Shown piece after piece: positions 52,101 to 64,000 of a stretch of DNA of 64,000 nt. Source of the stretch: Eledone cirrhosa. Taxonomy: Eukaryota. The stretch is taken from assembly GCA_964016885.1 (NCBI GenBank), contig OZ024742.1:67952001-68016000 (forward strand). Direction: 5' to 3'. Position numbers and translations under genes: made by a program. The notes under the pieces are model-generated. The model saw nothing but the letters and a program-made list of their open reading frames with translations. It did not search any database and was not told where the DNA came from. The first letter of the stretch is position 1; each line of letters begins with the position of its first letter.

Positions 52101-53323
52101 AAAAGTTTATGTAGGTGAGTCCGTCCAGGAGTACACGTTGTGGGATCATAGCTATTTGCTCTGGTCTCATTTGCACCAGAACTTCAATGCTAGTCCCATT
52201 GAATACATCTCTGGGGGACTTTCCTACTGACAGTATTCTGTCTTCATCAAAATTGATGAAGCCGCATAGTATCCACCATATGTTCACCTTTGGTGTGACA
52301 CTCGTGATTTTGATCTTTTGTGTCCTTTTTCCCATGTATGTAGGGAAAAAGGTGTACAGGTTGGATACAATTGGCGACACAGAGTAATTTTGGGCCGTCA
52401 ATTGATCCTTCAAGAAAAGTTTGCTTCTTTGAATGAATGCAATATCATTCATTGAATTTTTGAAAACCAGCTCAATTTCTTTCTGTGACAATTGGACTGG
52501 TTATCGGGTAGAATTGGAAACTGCCCTAAAAACTATCGTTTTGAGAGCAGTTTCCTTGCGAATTTCTACTGGAGAATTGATGCTGAAAGCACCATTTTTT
52601 TCGAAAGTGACATATCTCCTAGCGTCCTTTAAAGTTGTTCGGCATTTGTTATGTCGAGATATATCAGTTCCTCCTTTTTTTGAACTGTCTGTGCAACGGA
52701 CATTTTTGGTTCCTTTGTGGAATTATCCGTGTTGGTGGTGTTGTCATTATTGTTGTTATTGTGGTTGTTATTCTTGTTGTCACTGATGTTGATATTATTC
52801 GTATTTTCCTTGGTGTTGGTGTTGGTGTTGTTGTTGTCTTTGATGCTGGTGTTATTGGTGTTGTCTTTAGTTTTTTCTTTGTTGTGGTTGTCATTGTTGT
52901 TTTTATCATCATTATTAGTGTTGTTGTTATTTCTGTTGTCATTGAACTGTTTGGTGTCATTTGTGTCGTTTGGATATGAATTTGTTTTTACATTTTCATT
53001 TCGTCTTTCCATCTCTATATTATCTAGGGAAGAAGACGATGTTGACTGCGAGCTCTGTAGTCTTACCGCCTCTCCACCACCATTATCGTTGGACGCAGCG
53101 TTCATAACTTAATCAAACTTTTTACAATATTTTTTCAAAAATTCGATGGAGAAAAATTTTTCAAACGAATAATTCGCCCCTGTAGGGGAGAAAATGAGTT
53201 GACTCACCACCTGAAGGTCCAGACGAGGGGTCAAGTTATACAATAATATAAAATTTAACTAAAAACTCACGTTTTTTTCTTGCATAAAATAACGGAAACT
53301 TCTCCGCGAAGTTACACACGTCT
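49105..53323 (-). mobile_element. Tx1 copy T3: both ends present, ORF2 C-terminal third deleted at ~49287
   Basis: ORF1 remnants at 51327-53105 (CYHCFSRVHLRASC). ORF2 starts at ATG 51291 (MANIRVGCVNVRGL) and runs to EPLLRR, which is joined directly to the 3'UTR. Confidence 0.92.

Positions 53324-53407
<84 letters not shown>
53324..53407. repeat. (GATA)n array at the 5' side of T3
   Basis: Direct reading; no Tx1 3' end follows it. Confidence 0.97.
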
Positions 53408-53548
53408 TACATACGTGTCCACATAAGTGTAAATATTATGTGGATTGAATGTACATGCGTTGAATATTATTTGGTGTTGCATGGAATACTGTAACTAAAC
53501 ATATGAAGACACACTCACATGCAAACACACACACACGTCTTCGTATAT

Positions 53549-53628
<80 letters not shown>

Positions 53629-53656
53629 GTATATATATATATATATATATATATAC

Positions 53657-53733
<77 letters not shown>

Positions 53734-53769
53734 GATAGATATATATATATATACGTATTATTATTACTC

Positions 53770-53954
53770 ATTGGCAATATCAGTAGAGGGTCGGACGCCA
53801 TGCTTTCCAGCATAGTTACGTCTCTTTACGATCTGAGTTCAAATCCCGCCGAGGTTGACTTTGCCTTTCATTCTTACGGGGTCGATAAAATAAAGCACCA
53901 GTAATGCACTGAGATAATTGCTGGCCTTGTGCCAAAAATAGAAACAATTATTAC

Positions 53955-53955
<1 letters not shown>
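53770..53955 (+). mobile_element. tRNA-derived SINE (same family as 20998)
   Basis: TGGCAATATCAGTAGAG, GAGTTCAAATCCC and GGGGTCGATAAAATAAAGCACCAG. Confidence 0.88.
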
Positions 53956-54025
<70 letters not shown>

Positions 54026-54027
54026 GT

Positions 54028-54089
<62 letters not shown>

Positions 54090-54389
54090 GATATAGGTTT
54101 GTGTATGCGGGAGTACAATATGTATGTGCAGTGTACACAAGTGAATATTTCTATTGTTTAAAGTAACATCCCAATCAAATATTGGTGAAACATTTCCAAA
54201 CAGATAAAATAGAAATCATGGCATATTCTGACAATGATGAACGATGAAAGGATGATTGCTTATTGTTGTGGTTATCGTCGTTTTCCTTGTTATTGTTGCT
54301 AATGTTGTTCTTGCGGTTGTTGACGTTGGGGGTTATTGTTATATGTGCTTGTTGTGGTTGTGGTGTACGTAGCGGTGGTGGAAGGCTGG

Positions 54390-54430
54390 TTGTGATGGTG
54401 GTGGTGATGGTGGTGATGGTGATCGTGGTG

Positions 54431-54492
<62 letters not shown>

Positions 54493-54575
54493 GGTGTTTG
54501 TGGTGGTGGTAGTAGTAGTAATAGTAGTAGTAGTAGTAGGAATAGTAGTAGTGGTGGTGGTGGTGGTGGTGGTTG
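54390..54575. repeat. Compound (GGT)/(AGT)n microsatellite
   Basis: Direct reading; source of the poly-V ORF. Confidence 0.9.
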
Positions 54576-55509
54576 TAATACCTATAGTTAGTGTCTTGTT
54601 GTTATTGTAATTAATATTGGTGTTATAGTTACTCTTTTTTTTATTGTTATTATTGTTGTTTGGTAGTCATAAGTATTGTTGCCAAACATCTGTAATTTCT
54701 TCCTTTCTTTCCTCTCATTCTTACTTATCATCGAAGCCAAAGTTCGATATTGAAACAACTGTAAATGATCGATGGTGCAATCTCCATTGCCTTCCCATGC
54801 ATCTCTTGTCTATCTCCTTCTCATTATTTTTTTACGTTTTCTCTCTTTGTTGTTGTTGTATTTCGTCTTTCTTTTCTTCTCCTTCTTCACCGTGTGCTTA
54901 GTTCTTTTCTTCTTCATCTTCTCCTACGTCTTTGCAATTACCTCACCCCCATATCAATTGTACCCACCCACATTATATTTCCTTATATACATACGTATCC
55001 ATAACCCCTACACCATTTTCACTTCAATCACTCGCTATTCTCTACCACCACTCTCACAACTACACTCACCACCACTCTCATCAAAACAACCAATGCCACT
55101 ACCAACACCAGGAACATCACATGCAGTAAACAGTTAACGATAGAGAGAGAGTGGGTGGTGTGGGTGCATGTGAATATGTACATTTGATTTATACAAATAT
55201 TGCCTGTTATAAAATTCCATCTTGAAACACAAGGACCCTGTTTCGATACCACAACTTGACTAACATGGTAAATGTTCTTCATTCAAAAAATTTGATCTCA
55301 TACAGACATGTCAAAGTGAGGGTCCCAAAGGGCCAAGTGGGTCACATATGTGTTGTCTGAGGGCCACACCCGGCAATTAATTGCGCGCATTGCAAGTAAT
55401 ATATATAGGCAACAATATATGAAAAATAAAAATATACAGGTGATAAGCGCGGTTGTGCAATTGTAACGCAGCTCCATACAATAAGGCCGGTGTGACTGGT
55501 GATAATGCT

Positions 55510-55995
55510 GGTGAAGCCGCGTGACTTAGTGATTAGAGATTTGGATTCACAATCATGAGTTTCTGAGTTCGATTCCCGGACCAGGCAATGAGTTGTATCC
55601 TCGAGCAAGGCACTTCATTTAACGTTGTTCCAGTTGACTCAACTGCAGAAATGAGTTGCGACATCAGTGGTTCCAAGCATTATCGTCCTATGCATTTCAG
55701 TTGGATGATATCGGGTAGTGAGTCTGGTATGCATGGATGACTGAATATCTTCCAGAAAGGCACCTTGCCTGGGCTCGTGCCTTAGAGAGGAATGTTCTTG
55801 TTACAAAACCCAAAAATGAATTGTACCTGCAGTTTGAATGGCGAGCCTTGTCACATTATGCGTCACGCTGAATCTTCCTGAGAACTTCGTTAAGTATACG
55901 CGTATTCGTGGAATGCTTAGCCACTTGCACGTTAATTCACGAGCGGGCTGTTTCATTGATCGGTTCAACTGGAATTTGACAGAGTGCCTCATCAT
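55510..55995 (+). mobile_element. Second tRNA-derived SINE family with a CORE/Meta-like central block
   Basis: A box-like TGACTTAGTGATTAGAG, B box GAGTTCGATTCCC, then TCCTCGAGCAAGGCACTT. Confidence 0.7.
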
Positions 55996-56959
55996 ATATA
56001 TATAGTATGTGTGCTCAATTATGATTCTGTATAGCAAACATGCATCATATAGTATACATGCTGTACAGTAAATCTGCCTCATATAGTATACATGCTGTAT
56101 AGTAAACATGCCTCATATAGTAAACATCTCAGTGTTTATTCTAACCCGTGGTCATGTCACAGCTATCTCAATGCCCGCATAAGAAAATGTTATATCCATT
56201 TCAGGATTTTTAGTCTTCTTCTGTAATGCTTAATTATTATGAGATATAAACGTATTATAGTTTATAGCGTCTTTGTAAACAAATAACTTTTGATAACGGC
56301 TTATTTACATATAGTGGAAGCTTGACTAATAACAAAGCGTAAAGGAAAATGGTAAAGTATAAGGTTCTGAAGACTTTGAACAATTCTAAAGGATCAACCG
56401 ACTTTGCTTCCTTCTTATAATCTGAACGCCACTAAGGGGATGAATGGCTTTGAAACTGGAGGACAGCCTCAGTTTTTGGAATATCTTCCTACTCACCCAT
56501 TTCAAATTACGAGACTATTTTTATATATTATAATGTACAAACACACACGCCCCCTCATATACATACATACATACATTTTGCATCTAATAACTGCATATAC
56601 ACATGTACAGATACAAAGCATATACACATGCACACATACAACTCAAAACATACACATCCACACATACAATAACATCCATATCTACACATGCATGCATACA
56701 TATCTACCTAGTTGTGTTGTGTAAATTCCAATGAGAGAGTCTTGTGTCTATGTTAGAAACCGACTCTCTCTCTATTGGTAAAACTTTGTGAAATTATAAA
56801 ACCAGAAGAACATACATACATACATTGATATGGTCTGTATAGAGAGATGGAATTACAGTTATCATTTATATATACGTACTTTTGTGTAAGCGGTATAAAT
56901 AAATCTACATTGACATTGTCTTGGTGTCGAGAATTTGATTCCATCTATAACTCTTAGGG

Positions 56960-57102
56960 AGTGTTAGAACGTTAGGTTGGATACTTTGCAATATTTGTTC
57001 TGTCTCCCTGCTTTCTCTGAGTTCAAATACAGCTGCGGTAAACTTTGCTTTGCACCCGTTCGAGTGCGGTAGAGAAAAGTGTCAGTCTAGTACCGGGATT
57101 AT

Positions 57103-57105
<3 letters not shown>
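56960..57105 (+). mobile_element. Degenerate tRNA-derived SINE
   Basis: CTGAGTTCAAATAC...AACTTTGCTTTGCA...AGTACCGGG resembles the 20998 family. Confidence 0.55.
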
Positions 57106-57156
<51 letters not shown>

Positions 57157-57204
57157 CTATCTATCTATCTATCTCTCTCACTCATGCACACACACATATA
57201 CACA

Positions 57205-57253
<49 letters not shown>

Positions 57254-58036
57254 ACTCACACACACAGTTTCTCTCATTGTCCCTTAAGCCTGTTTTCTGT
57301 GGAATAATTTGACTGAGTCCCGACCTGGAGAGGAGTTGGGCGCCGCCAAGTTTATAGTGCAAGAATAAACATGTCGCACGTCACGACAGTGACCCTACGA
57401 CTCCATTAGAAATTACGAACCCAGACATATGTATTTATGTTGTACACAAAAAGATCAGAGAGGGGTATGACATTCTTCCATTTTCTGTTGTCTTTCTGGC
57501 AATCGCTTTAGGGTTATTTTCAACGAACTTGCTACAAGTTTGGTATTTTCTCCCCCATACCGAACGATCAGTTGAAGAAACCGTCCAGGAAGAAGCATCG
57601 ATAATTACATTTATTTTGTTGTCTGTGTAAGTATACTTAAATATAATTTACAATGATAAATATTATTGTTTTCTTCTAAAGTAGGACACAAATATGCTCG
57701 GGGGAAATTAATTTCGTTAAAATAAAACATGTATACACAGAAAAGCAAGAATGAAATATGATTCGATAGAACATCTTTCAATCACACGCACGCATACAAA
57801 CGCCCACACGCACTTATATGTATCTTCATACACACACACACAGGCAAATATATATGTATATATATGTGCATGTATATGTGTGTATTTGTGTGTGTAAGTG
57901 TGTACATGTGTGTATTTGTATGTGCGCGTTTATATAATTTTTTTCTAAATCGAGATATGCCAGGTGAGCAGTATTCTATATAGGATGTTGATAAACTTCG
58001 AAAGACCACGATATTATATACTCGATAATGATATTA

Positions 58037-58255
58037 CGGTGGATTGGCAGCATCGGTAGAGCGTCAGACACCATGCTTTGCAGCATAGAGTTATGGCCCT
58101 TTACGTTATGAGTTCAAATCCCGCCGAGGTAAACTTTGCCTTTCATCCTTACGGGGTCGATAAAATAAAGTACCAGCAATACACTGGGGTCGATTTAATC
58201 GACTTTCCCCTTCCCCCAAATTGTTGGCCTTGTGCCTAAATGCGAAACCGATATT
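58037..58255 (+). mobile_element. tRNA-derived SINE (same family as 20998)
   Basis: TGGCAGCATCGGTAGAGCG, GAGTTCAAATCCC, GGGGTCGATAAAATAAAGTACCAG, and an internal hairpin GGGGTCGATTTAATCGACTTTCC. Confidence 0.9.
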
Positions 58256-58400
58256 ACAATATTAAAAAGTGAATAAAAGGGCATTTGCGCATCTTTTACA
58301 TACATATCCACACTCTACTCTACCACAATGTATTTTGTTTCACTATCCTAATTTAGATCAAGTCATTTGTTACTAAGGAAGTAAACCTGCCATATATATA

Positions 58401-58433
<33 letters not shown>

Positions 58434-59384
58434 ATTTCCTCAAATTTTGAAACCGTACGTTTTCTAATGCCCCCAGGTTCACATAGCCACATGTATAAAT
58501 ACATGCATGCATACATGTATACATATATACATACATGCATACATACACACATACGTACATACATATAAACATGCGCACATGCGTACTTAAATACATACAT
58601 ATACACAGACATATATTCTCCCCTGTTTGTGCTTTCCTTTTATTTCGAAATACACTTTATCAAGTAACCACACAGCCCCTTGGCATCAGGAAAAACTAGT
58701 CAACATTTGTTGAAGTTCAAAAAAATATTTATCCATATATTATCGTTTCTAATACGTGTTCCACTACAGTTATGTAACCGCCTACGAAACCTGAATTATT
58801 ATGTGCCACTATCTCTCTCTACGTTGTTAAATTGCGCATATCATCATAGAAACTAAAGTTAACAGGACCTGCTTATATAGAAAATATATACACGTACACA
58901 GATATAGACTCTTCAACCGATGTATCTATGCGCAAACATAATTTATGTATATATGCAAACAAATATAGAAACACATACAAACATGAGTACACATACAATA
59001 GTGTACAATTCGATATAGTGGTCAGTGTACCTAAAGGTAGTCATACACGGTGGTTCATTGGATGAAATGGGAGTGGTAATATGTACAGTAATCAAGGCTG
59101 GCCATACCATTGATTTCATCTTTCTAGCTAAGGAATAGAGCCAGCAATGACAGAAGACACATGCCACTGGCGGGTTATCATATGTCAGCAGGTTTCGTGG
59201 GAACAATTCCCAAAACCCGCCCGAGTTTATATTCCTATGGTAACATATCATCTATATTTGACGAAGTGCCTTTCATAAATCATAGATTATGTAACTACGT
59301 AAACTTATTTAATAAATGCAGGGAACAGAAATGTATATCTCGTAGTAACGAATGGAAATACAAGCACTTGTTGTCTTGTGTAAA

Positions 59385-59423
<39 letters not shown>

Positions 59424-59430
<7 letters not shown>

Positions 59431-62088
59431 ATACTTGGGGAGGGTCATATTTGTGTAATATTGCCAGAATTAATAACAGAACACACTCACTGTTTGGTTG
59501 GTTTTCGCTTCTCGCTGTCTTTTATATCTGTAATCTAGCTTACTCGGTCCTCAGTGTTGCCATTGACTGACCGACGGTCAAAAATATTTCAGATACAATA
59601 TAGACATAAACACATATATATAGTTTACATAATTTACATAAATCTTTCGTTGCACATCTGCAACATCGTCAGTGGTGTTATATTTTCCTCCTGTTGTGTT
59701 GTATGTCTACGCCATTTTTTATTCAGTCTGTCTATATATTTATTTATTTATTTGCTTGTTTGTTTATTTTATTTTGTCTTCTTTGCGCATGCGTTTGCGT
59801 TTGTGTATAGTGTTATGTTTGCTGTGTGACTAGTGTGTATAGTGTTGTGTTTGCTGGGTGACTAGTGTGTGTTTATGTGCTTGTTGTTATTGTGTTTGTG
59901 TATGTATTTATTTATCTTATTTTATTTACTTATTTATACTTCTCTTAGGTCAGTGTTGTTTGTTTGGGTGTTGTTGCTATTCCACTCATTCTTTCTGTTT
60001 AGCTTTGTCTTCTAATTTCTATTTCACTGGCCCCTCTGATTTGCCTATCTGCTGGGTCATTTCTATGTTTAGATATTATTCTAATTTCTATGTTGTCTAT
60101 GTTACCGTCATGTTGTTGTCTAGCATGTTCGTATAGTACTGACCCGTTTTTTCGTCCTTTTAGTTCCCCCAGTGTTGGTCTATCCGTTCACCTATGCTAC
60201 GAGCTGTCTCACCTATGTATGTTGTTGTCATGTTTCTGCAAGTACCCCCTGTACATCTTATGCTATAGACTACGTTTCTAGTTTTACAGTTTATCCGGGG
60301 GTTCACCTTACATATGATACATTTCCTATTGGTACAGTGGGTTTTCTTAAAAGGGTAGGTTTTGCTGATCAGGGATTTTATGGTGGTTCCTGGCTTTTCT
60401 ACCACCTTTATTTTTAAGTGGGTCCTTCTCAGGGCCTTTCTACACTGGTTAGCTAATTTCCCTCCAGGGGTGGCGTCCACAAACATGACACTCTGGTATC
60501 TCTGGTTGTCGTACCATGAGGTGGCTTTCCCTATCTTATGTCTAGCCCTATCTAAGCTATTCCATGATTTGCTCCTGTATAATGGGCAAATTCCTTTCAT
60601 GTCCAGTTCTATGAGGGTCTTATACTTTTCCATGGCTCCTTCGTATACTCTGACTCTTTCTCTTTGGTTGTAGCCAGAGAACTGCATGCGGTTGATGAAG
60701 TGTTGGATGTGTCTTTCCATTTCTGTTGGGTCGCACATGCTGGACACATTCTTCATCACTCGTACCAAATCTGCGATCAGAATATTAAACTTAGCACTAC
60801 TGGACATTGCTGAGTTTTTGAGTATCAGGTATTTGGAGGCCATGGGTTTAGCATAGTGTGAGTGGAGAATTTGGGCTCTCTCGTCTATAGTGTTAATCCA
60901 GAGTTCTGTGTCTAATACAGGTAGTCTATTGTTAGGGTGTTTGGAAGGGAAGTCGATAGTTACAGTTATACTCTGGTGTATGGAATTAGCTATCTGCTGG
61001 ATGCTTTCCATCGTGCTACGTTCTAAATCAAACTTGTTAGTGCTCTTTAGTGGGGGTGTTCTTATAACTATATTGATATCGTCTACATAACGAGAGTACA
61101 TGATGAGGTCTATGGAGCTTTCATTAAGGAGATCTTTAAGTCTCCTTTCCCACCATACCATGAAAAGGTTGGCAACATCACCAGCTATGCTGACGCCGAT
61201 GGCTGCTCCCTCATTTTGGGTGTAGATTTTCCCATTGAACTTAAATATGTGGCCTTTTAGGGTAGTTTTGATACTAGCCCCTATTGCATGTGCGACCATT
61301 TTTCTTACCTGATCATTGTTTTGGGGGGTTCGTATAGCTTTGGTCCACCCAATCCACCTTCCCATGGGAGTCTTTTTTGCCATTGAGGTTATGGTGGGGG
61401 GGGGGTCTACCTCTTATAGGTCTACTAGGGCAGAAACATCTAAGGTCATGGCTGTCTAGGTAGTCAGTGTCGTAGGTAAGTCTAAGTAGGAGGCCCAGTT
61501 CGTCTGTGTCGACATCGCAGAACTCCACCTCACTCTCAATGATCATCTCCACACATCTTTTCACAGCAAAATCAATGTTAATGGATGGGTACAGTGACAC
61601 CACATCCATGCTGCCTATTATGCAGTTGGATAGGCTCCTGTTTATGTTGCACTCACTGATTCTGCTGAGGAGGTCCTCTGTACTGTCACATACATCTGGG
61701 GACATCTTGATTATGGGGCGTATAACCATTGAGAGGAAGTAGGAGATCCTGTAGTTGCTAGCTATATTAGCTCCGCATACGGGTCTTGTTGGTGGTCCTG
61801 TTTTCGGGTCGTCGACTGTCTTGTGGTCTTTGCGGAGTCAATACAAGGGTGGTATGCCATTGTTAGACGCCTGGAAGTTGTTGGCAGTACGTCTGCTTGG
61901 CTTTAGGATGTCAGTCCACATCATCATGTGAGCGTTGAGGATTTTTTCTCTCCCATCGTGTGTTTGTTGTGCAGCTTCGCTCGTGTTGGTGATGTGGGGT
62001 TGCATAGCCTCGATGTACACAAATATGACCCTCCCCAAGTATAACAATATTTGTTTCGACACACGATTTCATATAAAAAACCTCGCTA

Positions 62089-62092
<4 letters not shown>
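59424..62092 (-). mobile_element. 5'-truncated Penelope-like element with an inverted copy of its 3' end at 62014-62092
   Basis: TATTGTTATACTTGGGGAGGGTCATATTTGTGTA (59424) pairs with TACACAAATATGACCCTCCCCAAGTATAACAATA (62015). The element is flanked by (TA)n. Confidence 0.93.
59975..62013 (-). pseudogene. Penelope RT + C-terminal GIY-YIG ORF (a few lesions)
   Basis: PPLY*LRKDHK..RPV, SMDVVSLYPSI, QNEGAAIG, YSRYVDD, LPVLD, Cx4Cx2C linker, NVVYSI..YIGETARS..ER, and a tail EH..DRQI..LNRKNEW. Stop at 61838, frameshifts at the G-run ~61400 and at ~60160. Confidence 0.92.
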
Positions 62093-62123
<31 letters not shown>

Positions 62124-62126
<3 letters not shown>

Positions 62127-62218
62127 TTAGTCCTCTAAGGAACTGAAAGCATATCATATGATATGCTTTTCAGTACCTTATCATATGATATACTTTCAGT
62201 TCCTTACAGGACTAACAC
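62124..62218. repeat. Nested palindrome
   Basis: TGTTAGTCCTCTAAGGAACTGAAAGCATATCATATGAT...ATCATATGATATACTTTCAGTTCCTTACAGGACTAACA. Confidence 0.85.
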
Positions 62219-62409
62219 CATACTCTGGATCTGAACATATCAATGGATTAACAAGGTAAAATCTTTTACAACATTATGTTTTCCTGTTCATGAAGTCATA
62301 GTTGTTGAATAATGGTTATCAAAGAAATATATATTGTAGCGAATATGAATAAACGAAGCTAATTTTACGCTGTTGACTTACAGTTCTTGTTTATATATAT
62401 ATAGGTAAT

Positions 62410-62580
62410 ATGAAAAATTCAGGACCCCAACTGCTGAACTCCGACCCTTTCAACAGCTAGATCCCGAACTGTTCGGATCTAGCTGTTGAATGCTTTCATT
62501 ATACCCACTGAACTACACCAAGTATTGAGTACTCTTGTATGTAAGGGTCTAATTGGTTCTTTTCGCCTCCAATTTTATAT
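62410..62580. mobile_element. Penelope-family 3' end with central hairpin (same type as 9910)
   Basis: TTCAACAGCTAGATCC..GGATCTAGCTGTTGAA followed by ACCCACTGAACTACACCAAGTATTGAGTACTCT. Confidence 0.7.
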
Positions 62581-62598
62581 TTATATATATATATATAT

Positions 62599-63473
62599 AT
62601 GAAAAATGGCGTGCTGCGTGGTTGCACATGGGTTACATATGAATAAAATTAGTCCTTCATCAGTGATCTTCCAACCTTCATTGGTATTTTATCACTTTAA
62701 AAATCATATACCTCTAGTTGGTGCGAGCAATAACTAAAGAAAGTTATTGGGACAAGTAAAATAGGGTGAAGCGAGCGAGACATGTAAACAAACATAGATG
62801 GTAATGCAACAGAAAGAGATAAGAGGAGAAACAAGTCAGTGATATCTATGAACTTAAGTTCGGTGAAATCATAGACGAAATGTAAAGACAATCCAAGCTG
62901 GGCGAGATATGAGCGAGAAAAGGATTTCACACAGGTCAAACGGGAGGAAGTGAGAGAGGGGGAGAAGCAGAGAGTGAGTGAGTGAAAGTGTGAGGAAGAG
63001 GCCAACCGAGAGATAGCGACCGGCAGAGTGGGTAAAAATAAGGTGAGAGATACAGAGAAAGGGAAAGCAGTAAGAAAGAAACAGACATAGCAGCGGAGGA
63101 AAAAATATAAATATATGAAAAATGGTGTGCAGCGTGGTTGCACATGGGTTACATATGAATAAAATTAGTCCTTCATCAATGATCTTCCAACCTTCGTTGG
63201 TATTTCTTCGCTTTAAAGATCATATACCTCTGGTTGGTGCGAGCAATAACTAAAGAAAGTTATTGGGACACGTAAAATAGGGTGAGGCGAACGAGATGTA
63301 AACAAACATAGATGGTAATGCAACGGAAAGAGAGGAAGAGGAGTCCGTGATATCTATGAACTTAAGTTCGGTGAAATCATAGACGAGAGGTAAAGACCAA
63401 TCTGTGTGAAAAGGATTTCACACAGGTAAACCGGGTGGAAGTGCGAGAGGGCGATAACCAGAGCGTGAGTGAG

Positions 63474-63477
<4 letters not shown>
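62599..63477. repeat. Direct repeat with a 516-bp period (1.7 copies), bounded by (TA)n
   Basis: ATGAAAAATGG.GTGC.GCGTGGTTGCACATGGGTTACATATGAATAAAATTAGTCCTTCATCA starts at 62599 and at 63115. Confidence 0.9.
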
Positions 63478-63520
<43 letters not shown>

Positions 63521-63650
63521 AAAAAAAGATGAAATCGAAAATGCAACTGGAGTCTTATTTTTACAAAATATATATATTTCTTTGGTTCCTTTACCGGTTT
63601 TGCAGTTCTACTGCTTTTCAAAAGTAGAGTTGAGATCGAGGGTCTGTGGG

Positions 63651-63711
<61 letters not shown>

Positions 63712-63744
63712 GATATTTGGAAACTATATTTATAAAACCATATT

Positions 63745-63810
63745 TATTTCATTATACATATTTCAGGGATACCATATTAAAAATATGGCATGCCTTCGTC
63801 AGATAAAATA
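63745..63810 (-). ncRNA. Type-I hammerhead ribozyme (inverted copy at 63940-64000, +)
   Basis: uauuuuau CUGACGA agg c augccauauu uuu aauaugguau c ccu GAAA uaugu AUA augaaaua. Stem II covaries with the 16490 copy. Confidence 0.8.
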
Positions 63811-64000
63811 CAATATATAACCAGTTTTATAAATAATTTTGACGTACCATAAATATAGCGACAATTAAGGTAGGAGGCTTATATTTGGTCGCTATATTTA
63901 TGGTACGTCAAAATTATTTATAAAACTGGTTATATATTGTATTTTATCTGACGAAGACATGCCATATTTTTAATATGGTATCCCTGAAATATGTATAATG
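63750..64000. repeat. Fold-back: arms 63750-63862 and 63888 to the window end, 25-bp spacer; same family as the 3' end of the 14471 PLE
   Basis: The arms are near-perfect reverse complements. The flank TGGAAACTATATTTATAAAACCATATTTATT matches the reverse complement of ~16545-16575. Confidence 0.92.

Noticed and set aside
58943-59251. 102-aa minus-strand ORF as a host exon
   Set aside because: No recognisable domain and no convincing splice signals; cannot be supported without RNA data.

Overview
This is AT-rich eukaryotic (animal) genomic DNA made almost entirely of repeats. The SINE families and the microsatellite load resemble octopus/cephalopod DNA, but that is an inference. I can support no host protein-coding gene, and most ORF-track entries are microsatellite translations. 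Main content: (1) 38.6-53.4 kb holds a head-to-tail stack of four Tx1/L1-clade LINEs, all on the minus strand and separated and flanked by (GATA)n arrays, which suggests a (TATC)n-targeting retrotransposon group; one copy is nearly intact. (2) There are several Penelope-like elements (RT and/or GIY-YIG remnants) and many non-coding derivatives that form long fold-back inverted repeats or ~470-540 bp direct-repeat units. These carry at least 10 type-I hammerhead ribozyme (HHR) motifs or decayed relatives, several with covarying stems, and two families have a U3-A8 core in place of C3-G8. (3) The rest is two decayed mariner transposons, a non-autonomous Helitron, RTE and CR1/L2-type LINE fragments, tRNA-derived SINEs and many (TA)n/(CA)n arrays. 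All alignments and folds were done by eye, so coordinates may be off by a few bases.
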